Positions 7,698-16,501 of a stretch of DNA of 64,000 bases are shown one piece after another. The stretch spans positions 3,453,752 through 3,517,751 of the forward strand of contig OZ246006.1 in NCBI GenBank assembly GCA_965230505.1, given 5' to 3'. The notes under the pieces are model-generated. The model searched no databases. It saw nothing but the letters and a program-made list of their open reading frames with translations, and was not told the DNA's origin. Both the position numbers and the translations under genes were made by a program. Origin of the DNA: Kangiellaceae bacterium (lineage in GTDB: Bacteria; Pseudomonadota; Gammaproteobacteria; Enterobacterales; Kangiellaceae). Each line of letters starts with the position of its first letter. Position 1 is the first letter of the stretch.

Positions 7698-8037
7698 AGC
7701 TCCGTGGTGTAGTTGGTAACACTCAAGATTTTGATTAGGTACTTGGTATGACTGGTTAACGTGATTTCAGAACAATGTTTTCAGGTTAGTGCGAGGCGTA
7801 TTGTGCAGGAAATGGTATTCCCTTTTCAAACGATACAACGAAGCAATAATTTGAAAAAAATTGTTCCCGAAGGGCGGTTCCAGAAATTGCAAGCTATGTT
7901 GTTGTACTCCCTTGAATTGGCTACGGCCAGTCCTGCGGTCGTACGCCTAATATCTTACAATTTCTTGATTCGCTGAAGTCACGTTAACCAGTCATACCAA
8001 GTACTTATCGTTGGTTCGAACCCAGCCAGAGCTGCCA
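7698..8037 (+). ncRNA. tRNA-like scaffold whose anticodon-arm position holds a ~270-nt insertion with 27-bp perfect terminal inverted repeats
   Basis: 5' part: acceptor AGCTCCG, D-arm GTGT-AGTTGGTA-ACAC, then CAAGA-TTTTGATTA. 3' part: T-arm GTTGG-TTCGAAC-CCAGC, acceptor CAGAGCT, G, CCA. Between them lie GGTACTTGGTATGACTGGTTAACGTGA and its exact reverse complement. Confidence 0.6.
7738..8007. mobile_element. MITE-like insertion (27-bp perfect TIRs, ~215-bp core, possible TTA duplication)
   Basis: TIRs at 7738-7764 and 7979-8005 are perfectly complementary. The 71-aa internal ORF has no recognisable features. Confidence 0.5.
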
Positions 8038-8077
8038 AATACTAAACTAAAACTTCATGCCTTAAGGAGGATAAATC

Positions 8078-8389
8078 ATGAAACTATATTTAGACGATGT
8101 TCGTCCTGCTCCAGCAGGATGGAAGTTAGTGCGCTGGCCACAGGAAATGATTGAGCTTTTGATGACTGGTGCAGTCACGGATGTCAGCTTAGATCACGAT
8201 CTAGGCGATGACAAACGAGGTACTGGGTACGATGTAATTACTTGGCTGGAAAAAGCAGTTGTCGATTATGGATTAGTACCGCCAAACATTAAAGTTCATT
8301 CTGCGAATGTTCCGGCAAGAAAACGAATGGAGCGAGGGATTAAATCAGTTAACCACCTTTACCAATTTAGAAGTCGGTACCATTCATAA
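8078..8389 (+). CDS. Cyclic-phosphate processing receiver (CPR) domain protein
   Basis: 103 aa. The N-terminus MKLYLDDVRPAPAGW and overall size match the CPR-domain small-protein family recurrently linked to RNA-repair loci. Strong AGGAGG RBS. Confidence 0.65.
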   Translation: MKLYLDDVRPAPAGWKLVRWPQEMIELLMTGAVTDVSLDHDLGDDKRGTGYDVITWLEKAVVDYGLVPPNIKVHSANVPARKRMERGIKSVNHLYQFRSRYHS

Positions 8390-8536
8390 TTTTACTTTCT
8401 AACGGAAGTTAGGATTTTTTGTGAATCCCGCAATGGGATTCTAATAGGGAAATCTGCCGTACACGGACGTTTCTTTTAGTACAAAACTCAGAGCGAAAAC
8501 TAATTTGCTATACTTAACATAACAAGGAGAACGATT

Positions 8537-9115
8537 ATGCAAGCTCAGATCTTGCGACTTAACAAAGCTGGTCAAGCAATGGAGTGGATTAACTTTGAAT
8601 CCGCGGCTTGTTTGTACTCTAAAGATCAAGTGTTGTGGACATTTGGTAAAACTGCTGCACGTCTTAATGGTGGCCATTCGAGACTAACTGGACAACGGTC
8701 TTTTCTTGATATCGCTTCGGTAATCGCTACCGATGGTCAAATCCATCAACGCCATAGCCGTGTACCAGCTTTAAGCAACTACGCGTTATTCCAGCGAGAT
8801 GAGCATTTGTGTATGTATTGCGGAAAGCCTTTTAGTCGTTCAGAGTTAACTCGTGATCATGTTATTCCGCAGGCTCGAGGTGGAAAAAATACTTGGACCA
8901 ATTGTGTCGCGGCATGTAAGCCTTGTAATAATTTTAAGGGGTGTCGTACACCGGAAGAAGCTCACATGAGCCTAATAGCCATTCCATTCCGACCTAATAT
9001 TTCTGAGTACTTAGCTTTAGCGAATAGAAATATACTGGCCGATCAAATGGAGTTTTTGGTGAAAGGATTTTCAAATAATATGCTAGAAAAAGTAAAGCGT
9101 GAGAACAAAAAATAA
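8537..9115 (+). CDS. HNH endonuclease
   Basis: CMYCG...LTRDHVIPQARGG..W.N.VAAC..CN..KG zinc-finger/HNH signature. Good RBS (AAGGAG). Confidence 0.85.
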   Translation: MQAQILRLNKAGQAMEWINFESAACLYSKDQVLWTFGKTAARLNGGHSRLTGQRSFLDIASVIATDGQIHQRHSRVPALSNYALFQRDEHLCMYCGKPFSRSELTRDHVIPQARGGKNTWTNCVAACKPCNNFKGCRTPEEAHMSLIAIPFRPNISEYLALANRNILADQMEFLVKGFSNNMLEKVKRENKK

Positions 9116-9194
9116 ATGGTTAACCTAGGTTAACCATTTCAATTGTTTTGCTAATTCAACAAAGCGTTTAAATAATTATTGAGCTTAAAATATT

Positions 9195-10111
9195 TTAGTT
9201 TTTTGGTCTAAGTTTTTCAATAACCTTCGCGTCTACCCAAAAGGTGTCTACGTTATCTTTATCAATATTTCGATTAAAGAATAGATATTTTCCATCTGGT
9301 GTTACCTGAGCTGCAAACTCCGACGCTGGTGTATTAATTTCACCACCCAGCTTAATTGCCTGCCCCCATGCTCCGTCTTTTTGTCTAAAGCTGATAAATA
9401 GATCAGCATTGCTATCCGAGCTATTCCTTTGTCCATCCCAGATAATGTAGCTTTCATCTTGAGCAATAAAAGGATGCGCATTATATCGACCAGTATTAAT
9501 TTCTTTAGGTAGTGGCTTAGAGGCTTGCCGCACACCATCGACTATTCGTGAAATTCGTAATACACTATTTTCTTGAGCTTCATCAATTACCAATGTACCT
9601 TTGTCCGAAGCTGTTACTCGCATAATTCGGATGTCTTCAAAGTCTGCGCCAAGTCTTTTAGGAACAGACCAACCGGATTTAGTGCGTTCTTTATAACTTC
9701 TGCCAAAATACATTTTTCTTCCATCAGTTGATAAAGTTGGGGTTCCTCTTCTCGGCCCCAAAATACGTTCCAGCCATCGATTATCCTTATTTTCGAGAAC
9801 CACAAATTCTTGTTTTGGTTTGGTTTGGTATCAAGGTCTACTTCCCTGACGAAATAAACCTCATTTAAACTAGGTGCAAATACCACACCGTATTCCCATC
9901 CCTTGGTTGAAATAATACCGGGAGCAAAAACTTCGGGAGTTAAACCAGGAGGCTTTTGCCCGAGGTAAGGGCCTGTGAGGTTTGTTAATTTGTTTTGACT
10001 AATAACCTTGCTACTCAAGGTTAGTGAACCAAGTAATAAAACGATTGAAACAAAAGATATTTTCATATTTCTCTCTCTATTTGGTAAAGACAGGTAGAAC
10101 GGCATTTTCAA
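9195..10111 (-). pseudogene. Periplasmic TolB-like beta-propeller protein, frameshifted (two overlapping ORFs)
   Basis: ORF 9614-10111 carries the signal peptide and the first propeller repeats. ORF 9195-9803 continues in another frame (PDGK-type repeats). The frames switch at a (CCAAA)3 tract near 9830-9850. Confidence 0.5.
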
Positions 10112-11294
10112 TCTGGGTCATGATTTGATCGTCTCTGTCATGGCCGGTGATTACGATAGTTAAGTTAAGCTCTGCGACGACAATCACACGTTGTCCACCT
10201 CCACCCCATGCGAATGTTGCGTCATAGCTTTTACCTTCAACCACCAGTGGTGCTTGATACCAAAAATAACCATAACGGTAACTATCCGGCATCCAGTCTT
10301 CCGTTGGATTAACCAAACCGCTGGTTGCCTTTTTAAGGTAGTCTGCAGAAATAAGCTGCTCGCCGTTCCACTGACCGTTGTTAAGAACCACGCTGCCTAA
10401 TTTGAGCATATCGCGCGAAGTCAAGCTGACCATCCATCCGGCTTGGGGGAGTCCGCTGATGTGTTTGTCCCAGCTGTAGTTAGTGATGCTCAATTTATTT
10501 AGAATTTCATTTTTGATGAACGCTTGAGCTGTACCGGGCACAACCGCGTCGATCACCGTCATCACTAGCATTGGGTTATAATTACCATACAAATAAGTTT
10601 GGGACTCAGCAGTAATCGGTTTACTTTTTTCGAGAAGGGTTTGAACGAGACCCTGGCCTTTTAAGATTTCGGGTGTTTCTTTCTCAAGCGCTTGCCACTC
10701 TTCGCGATTCACACTAAGCCCACCGTGCATTGTTAAGGCTTTATGCAAAGTGATATTTTCCGCTCCGCCGGTAAACTTGGTTGGATCTAAGTCTTTTAAA
10801 AAACTGACCAATGGTTTGTTTAAATCGGCCATGCTTAAATAGCCCAACTGAATAGCACGACCCACAGCTAAACTAGTGTAAGCCTTGACGGCCGACGCTT
10901 GTGGATGAGGTAAGTTGATACGGCCACGCAAGTAATAAGATTCAAATATTAGTTTGTCTTTGTGGGCAATTAGCAGACTGTCGTAGTTTCCATGTTTCTT
11001 GTCCGCGATTTCTTTTGCTAGCTTAATAATTGTTTTTGCTTTTCGGCCATCAGAAGATAATTTCCCCACCTGAATGTTGTCTTTTCGAACCGCTGGGCTA
11101 GGATCTATATAGGCCTTTTCAAGCACTGATGTATCCCGAAATGATAGCTTGGCTTCAGCCGCTGTCGCTTCAGGTGCTTTGTGGTTCTTTGCATTAGTAT
11201 CTGCCATCGCAAAATTGCTAAGGCTGACAGAGAGAAAGCTCGCGACGACATACTTATATATTGTTTTAAAAGGTAAACTGAAATTGATTCTCAT
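10077..11294 (-). CDS. Serine hydrolase, beta-lactamase/PBP family
   Basis: Signal peptide, then an SxxK motif (SAVK), in a 405-aa protein. Confidence 0.75.
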   Translation of the reverse strand: MRINFSLPFKTIYKYVVASFLSVSLSNFAMADTNAKNHKAPEATAAEAKLSFRDTSVLEKAYIDPSPAVRKDNIQVGKLSSDGRKAKTIIKLAKEIADKKHGNYDSLLIAHKDKLIFESYYLRGRINLPHPQASAVKAYTSLAVGRAIQLGYLSMADLNKPLVSFLKDLDPTKFTGGAENITLHKALTMHGGLSVNREEWQALEKETPEILKGQGLVQTLLEKSKPITAESQTYLYGNYNPMLVMTVIDAVVPGTAQAFIKNEILNKLSITNYSWDKHISGLPQAGWMVSLTSRDMLKLGSVVLNNGQWNGEQLISADYLKKATSGLVNPTEDWMPDSYRYGYFWYQAPLVVEGKSYDATFAWGGGGQRVIVVAELNLTIVITGHDRDDQIMTQIENAVLPVFTK

Positions 11295-11347
11295 AGTGAT
11301 CCCTATTGGCTAATTACGATATTAGTTAATTAAATTACTGGTTTTGT

Positions 11348-12229
11348 CTATTTAGACTTCTTTGATTGTAAGTTGGACAGCCATTTCACACTCTGCACAC
11401 CCATTAATGGGAACGAATCACTATGGCCAGATGCTTCGACAACCGTATGGGTTATCGAGGATATACCTTTATAATTTTTGATTTTTAGTTGGCTAATAAA
11501 ATCATCGACATAGGGGCTCAGTTCCTTTTCTAGTTCACCATATGAAATTAAGACGTTAATTCCTAACGGTTGACGGTTTAAAGCGGGATGGGGTTGTGCA
11601 AGGAGTTCTGGACCGCTACGCCAAATGCTTGGACTGCCGAGAATGTAGTTTTTAAATGTGGTGGGTTGTGTCATTAAAGCGTAGGTACCAAATACGCCAC
11701 CTGCAGAAAAGCCGAAATAAGTGCGATTGTCAGGTTCAGTACGATATGTGTTTTCTACAAACTTGAATACGTCATTACGAATAAAAGCGAGGTGATTAAT
11801 CGCTTGTCCAAATTTATACTTGGCCTGCCTTTCAGGGTTGCTCGATTTTCTGAATGAGTAATCACGCATTCGACTAACATGGGCACCACGCTCTTTCAAA
11901 AGTGCTTCTTCAACATCCTTTTGCCAGGATATACCAACTAGAATAACGTCTTCCATCATGAAGAACGTGGCAGAGGATAACAGTTCAATATGCCAGACAG
12001 CATCAGTAAAATAAATAACTGGGTATTGCTTGTCCTCATTTTCCTCATAGCTTTCTGGCAGCTTGATAAGAAGTTCGTATTGTTTGTTCGATTGTGTGTC
12101 CTTGATTGGGACAACCTGGATGCTAGGCATAATGTATGATTTGTGTTCACTTGCACTAGCACTGATAAAAGGCAACAAAAACAACAAAACTAAGACTAAA
12201 CACTTTTTTATATCCATTAATCTACTCAC
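11348..12229 (-). CDS. Alpha/beta-hydrolase esterase
   Basis: Signal peptide. GFSAGG nucleophile elbow (GxSxG). Enterochelin-esterase-like size. Confidence 0.7.
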   Translation of the reverse strand: MSRLMDIKKCLVLVLLFLLPFISASASEHKSYIMPSIQVVPIKDTQSNKQYELLIKLPESYEENEDKQYPVIYFTDAVWHIELLSSATFFMMEDVILVGISWQKDVEEALLKERGAHVSRMRDYSFRKSSNPERQAKYKFGQAINHLAFIRNDVFKFVENTYRTEPDNRTYFGFSAGGVFGTYALMTQPTTFKNYILGSPSIWRSGPELLAQPHPALNRQPLGINVLISYGELEKELSPYVDDFISQLKIKNYKGISSITHTVVEASGHSDSFPLMGVQSVKWLSNLQSKKSK

Positions 12230-12442
12230 CTATATGGTTAAAAAGCTCAAAAGAACTTGTTTGAAACTCAACAACAAATTCAATCTAAAGGATTGCATTA
12301 CGAAACACCTGACGTCTGGCTGATTTTTAAATGACGTTAGACTGAAAGGTCAATTAAGTGATAATTATCAAATAGTTACAATCTTAGGTTTAGGAGGTTT
12401 GAAAGTTTGTGCTAGTATGACTCAGCCGGTTGTCGGTGACTT

Positions 12443-14701
12443 ATGTCGCCAATTTATTACTTGGATAACAAAGCTATGGCTGCAAAATACTGGGTAGGTG
12501 ATTTTTTCGTCGATTTAACTCGAAATCAGATCACTCAAAAAATGGACTCCAAAACGATTCCACCGAAAGCATTGGCGGTTTTAACCTGCCTGGCTAAGAA
12601 TGCCAACAGCGTGGTTAGTCATGAGCAAATTTTGTCCGAAGTTTGGCCGGATACGGTAGTAACACCAAATACCCTGCAAAGAAGCATTGCTCAACTCAGA
12701 AAAGCGTTAGGTGAGGATAAGAAAAACCAATCTTATATTAAGACTCATGCTAAACAAGGTTATAGTTTAGAGGTTGAAGTGCGATGGCAAGAGAACGCAA
12801 GCCAAGAATCCACTAATGAAAATGAATCTCTCGATATTTCAGCGTCGCTTTTAAACCAAGAGTCGGTTTCCCCTGATAGTGAGAGTCAAGTAGACCCAAG
12901 TGTGCAGTCGCCGGATAGGAATAAAGACGTTGGCGTTCAAAACAAGAGTAGCTTCAAGCTAATTGGGATTTTCTTAGGTTTTGCTATTGTCGGACTAATA
13001 GCAACCATAGTTCTCTCATCCAAAAGCCCAGCAGGATTAACGGTTGGTGAAATTCGCTCTCTGACCAATACCGATAACAAAGAACTAGCGAGTATTTACT
13101 CACCTGATGGTCAATATGTGGTCTTCCATCGCTATTCAGAAGAGTTCTGTTTAAATAATATATGGGCAAAAAATCTCGAAACTCAGCAAGAAATAAAACT
13201 AACGAGTAGTTATGACTCTTATGGAAGTCATAGTTTTTCTAAAGACGGCAAGAAGCTAGTTTTCGTTCAATCTGGTAATTGTGATCAACCCGTTACTCAG
13301 AAAAAGTGTTACAAGTTGATGGTCTTAGACTTTCAAAAAGCACTGCAATCGCCTCAGACTGCACAAGAGTTACTTGAGTGTAAGAATTCAATTATTCGCA
13401 GCCCTAAGTGGTTAAACAACAACGATATTGCGTTATTGCAAAAGAAAAGCGATCGTTGGAAGCTTATTAAATATTCAATTAGCGACAATAAGACCCGATT
13501 GTTCTATGAAGTTGAGGATGGTGATTTATTAGACTATGAGTATTCGTCCAAAGATGATCTTCTTGCGTTAACGAGTATCCGTGAAGATGGCAAAACCTAT
13601 CTCGACGTACTTAATTCAGAAGGCAAGCTTTTATCAAGCCATCAACTCCAACGACCACCCGAGATTGCCAAGTTTAAATCGATATATCCTAATTTTATGC
13701 CGGACGGAGAACAATTAATTTTCAGCACCGGGAGACAGCTATTTACCTTGTCATTTGATGGAAAAATATCCAACATTAGTATCCCTTTGGATGAACCAAT
13801 GGGCTCCCCAAAGTTTCATCCCACAGAAAAACGAATGCTCGCAATTAAAGGGCATTACGATAGCGATATTGCGACCATTCCATTTTCAAGACTTGCAAAA
13901 ATGAGTATCAGTAATTCTGCTAGCTCGAGTAATGAAGTTAGTTCGAATCTTGATAATGCTTTAATCAAACTTTCTATTTTCGAAAGATCAAATCAAGGCG
14001 AAGATAACGCGCAGTTACAACCGAACGGTAAGTTAATTGCGTTTAAGTCAGAGCGCTCTGGTGAAGATCAACTTTGGATTTCTGATGGCTCCACGCCACG
14101 ACAAATTTCAAATTTCCCTGCGGATACTTTTATGTTTGGCATGGATTGGGCCGCAGACGGTAATAGTATTCTAGTCAATGTGGATAAAGAGCTTGTTAAG
14201 GTGTTTTTAGATTCGACTACCCACCCCATAAACTTTGACTTTCCAGTATTACAGCTTTATCAATGGAATAGCATAGACAATACAGCATTGCTTTCGGCTC
14301 GCATAAAGGGAGTTCGAAAACTGATAGAGCTCAATTTAATCGACTTAGAGTATACGGTTATCACAGATAAAGTGGTGGTTTGGGCTGGTACTACCGATAG
14401 CGGACAACTGATCTATACGGATAAAATGGATCGATTTTGGACTCCCGGTCCGGCAGAGGATCAAATAATTGAAAAGCTAGAGTTTCAAGGAAGTGCAAAA
14501 CGCTTTGTTGTTAACAATGAGACCATTTACGGAATTAACGATAAGCTACAGCTTTGGTCGTATAATTTGAAGAGTAAATTTTACAAAGTGCTCGGGAAGG
14601 TTTCTAATGATCTTGATTACATCACAGACGCAAACCATGAAAGTTTATTATTCTCAGTAAAAATTGCTGCCAGAAAAGAGGTGGTTGAGTTATCTTATTG
14701 A
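12443..14701 (+). CDS. CadC/ToxR-like membrane transcriptional regulator with periplasmic beta-propeller domain
   Basis: N-terminal OmpR/PhoB-type winged helix (ALAVLTCLAKNANSVVSHEQILSEVWPD...LRKALGED). One TM helix. C-terminal TolB-like repeats. Confidence 0.8.
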   Translation: MSPIYYLDNKAMAAKYWVGDFFVDLTRNQITQKMDSKTIPPKALAVLTCLAKNANSVVSHEQILSEVWPDTVVTPNTLQRSIAQLRKALGEDKKNQSYIKTHAKQGYSLEVEVRWQENASQESTNENESLDISASLLNQESVSPDSESQVDPSVQSPDRNKDVGVQNKSSFKLIGIFLGFAIVGLIATIVLSSKSPAGLTVGEIRSLTNTDNKELASIYSPDGQYVVFHRYSEEFCLNNIWAKNLETQQEIKLTSSYDSYGSHSFSKDGKKLVFVQSGNCDQPVTQKKCYKLMVLDFQKALQSPQTAQELLECKNSIIRSPKWLNNNDIALLQKKSDRWKLIKYSISDNKTRLFYEVEDGDLLDYEYSSKDDLLALTSIREDGKTYLDVLNSEGKLLSSHQLQRPPEIAKFKSIYPNFMPDGEQLIFSTGRQLFTLSFDGKISNISIPLDEPMGSPKFHPTEKRMLAIKGHYDSDIATIPFSRLAKMSISNSASSSNEVSSNLDNALIKLSIFERSNQGEDNAQLQPNGKLIAFKSERSGEDQLWISDGSTPRQISNFPADTFMFGMDWAADGNSILVNVDKELVKVFLDSTTHPINFDFPVLQLYQWNSIDNTALLSARIKGVRKLIELNLIDLEYTVITDKVVVWAGTTDSGQLIYTDKMDRFWTPGPAEDQIIEKLEFQGSAKRFVVNNETIYGINDKLQLWSYNLKSKFYKVLGKVSNDLDYITDANHESLLFSVKIAARKEVVELSY

Positions 14702-14818
14702 GAATAGTTTAATCTTAGCGAATTAATGTTGCCGGCTTTCTCTAAAGAACTTTCTAATCAACTATCGCTTTTAGGCGGCTTGAATAGCCGCCTGTTAATT
14801 ACAAACTTGAAGTGTAAT

Positions 14819-16438
14819 TTAATCTTGATACTGGTACCCGATCTGTTCGAGAAGGTCTAATAGTTTTGCATTAAACTCCAAGTGCGCTTCACTACTTGAT
14901 TGACCAAACCAAGCAATCGTACGGATTTCCAGTGGGTCAATATTGTATGCCGCCGATCCCCAAAAACCACCATGACCGGTATAGTGATAGGTTTTGCCAC
15001 TACTTGAAGCAATATCAACGAACCCTAAGCCCAAACCATAAAAATCTCCGCTATCGTCTATTTTCCAGTTCTTCCATTCGTTAACAAGTGTTTCATCTTG
15101 TATGATTTCTTCATTCTCTATTGCCGCGAAAAAACGGTTGAGATCTGCTAGAGTCGACACCAAGCCCCCGCCAGCCCACGCAAAGGATGTGTTCATTTCA
15201 ATTTGAAGGATGTTGTGATTCGCATAGTAGTTTTCAGGTAAATCAGAACCAAAAATTTCTTCCGTCACGAATATTAAATGATCAACGGGTGTTGAATCGT
15301 TTGCTTGATGAAACTCCATATAGGTATTAGACATTTCCAGAGGTGTGAATAGATGAGTGTTCATCAAATTATGCAGGTTTTCGCTGGCGATTTTTTCCAT
15401 GATAATGGCGAGTAGGTCGGTGTTGCTATTGCCATAATGATGTCTCTCTCCCGGAAGAAACTCTAAGTCTTGAGTAAGCCCTCGATTGAGTATATCGCTC
15501 AGGATTAATTCGGGGGTCCATAGATTAGGTAGAGTATTATTTGGGTCACCATTTAACGCAGCGTCAAAAGATAATGTATCAGGTGCTTGGGCGTCACTCA
15601 AATAAGAAATAAAATCATTGATTCCACTAGATTGGTCCATCAGTTGACGTATTGTTATCTGGTCGCCCCGTTTTACACCATCTTTTACATGCAAGTCTGC
15701 CACTGTCCAGTCACCGGGTAAATCACTGTCGCTTAACAGCTCACCAATGGGGGTATCCAATTCGAAATGGCCGATTTCGATGAGTTTAAGGGCTAAGGCT
15801 ACGGTGACTGTTTTACTAATACTGGCTATTCGAAAAGGGGAGTCGACCGTCATCGGAATTTGAGAATTCTGTTGCTCTAAACCGCGTGCCGATGCCCACT
15901 TAAAATCCAGTCCGTCAAATTCGAGTGAAAAGGCCATATTGGCGGTGAGCGATTGATTGGCACTAAAAACATCATCAAGGATCTGTTCGAGTTGCGGGGA
16001 AAGGAATTCTGCAAGGGGTTGAACATCTATTGTAACGTCAGCGGTATCAGATAATCCGCCACTATCGGTGGCGACTAATTGAAATTGATATTCGCCTGTC
16101 GTTTTCGGTGCTAAGAACAGAAGATTGGCTGAACCGACCGGATCAATTAATAAAGTAACGTTCTCGGGGCCGCTAACTTGAGTCCATTGTGTCCGAGCTA
16201 GGTTATCATTTGGATCGGTAACGCTTGCCGCTAAACTTACTTGCGTGTTCTGATATCCTACCTTATTTGTTTGCGAAAGGTTGATGACTGGTGCAACGTT
16301 CTCCTCACTACCACCACCTCCACCACAGGAAATTAGCCCAATTAAAGATAGAGGGATGATTAATAATGCAATCGATTTATTTGTTGATAGCGTATTTATA
16401 AACTGGCGGGGCGAGCAAATTCTCATTTCTTCTCTCAC
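14819..16438 (-). CDS. Lipoprotein serine hydrolase, beta-lactamase family
   Basis: Lipobox LISCGGGG. N-terminal Ig-like domain. SISK (SxxK) and YGN motifs. Confidence 0.75.
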   Translation of the reverse strand: MREEMRICSPRQFINTLSTNKSIALLIIPLSLIGLISCGGGGGSEENVAPVINLSQTNKVGYQNTQVSLAASVTDPNDNLARTQWTQVSGPENVTLLIDPVGSANLLFLAPKTTGEYQFQLVATDSGGLSDTADVTIDVQPLAEFLSPQLEQILDDVFSANQSLTANMAFSLEFDGLDFKWASARGLEQQNSQIPMTVDSPFRIASISKTVTVALALKLIEIGHFELDTPIGELLSDSDLPGDWTVADLHVKDGVKRGDQITIRQLMDQSSGINDFISYLSDAQAPDTLSFDAALNGDPNNTLPNLWTPELILSDILNRGLTQDLEFLPGERHHYGNSNTDLLAIIMEKIASENLHNLMNTHLFTPLEMSNTYMEFHQANDSTPVDHLIFVTEEIFGSDLPENYYANHNILQIEMNTSFAWAGGGLVSTLADLNRFFAAIENEEIIQDETLVNEWKNWKIDDSGDFYGLGLGFVDIASSSGKTYHYTGHGGFWGSAAYNIDPLEIRTIAWFGQSSSEAHLEFNAKLLDLLEQIGYQYQD

Positions 16439-16501
16439 TTAAGTTAATCATTAGTATTAAGTAAGAGTCTTAGTTTTGTGAAATTCCTTCGAAAATATTT
16501 T

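Noticed and set aside
7761-7976. 71-aa ORF inside the MITE-like insertion
   Set aside because: No RBS and a low-complexity sequence. It starts right at the inverted repeat and is probably non-coding.
7738-8007. Group I intron in a tRNA anticodon loop
   Set aside because: The size is compatible. But the ends are 27-bp perfect inverted repeats, which is untypical for group I. No P7-like GACUA/UAGUC core was seen. The tRNA 3' anticodon stem is missing, so it cannot simply be spliced back.
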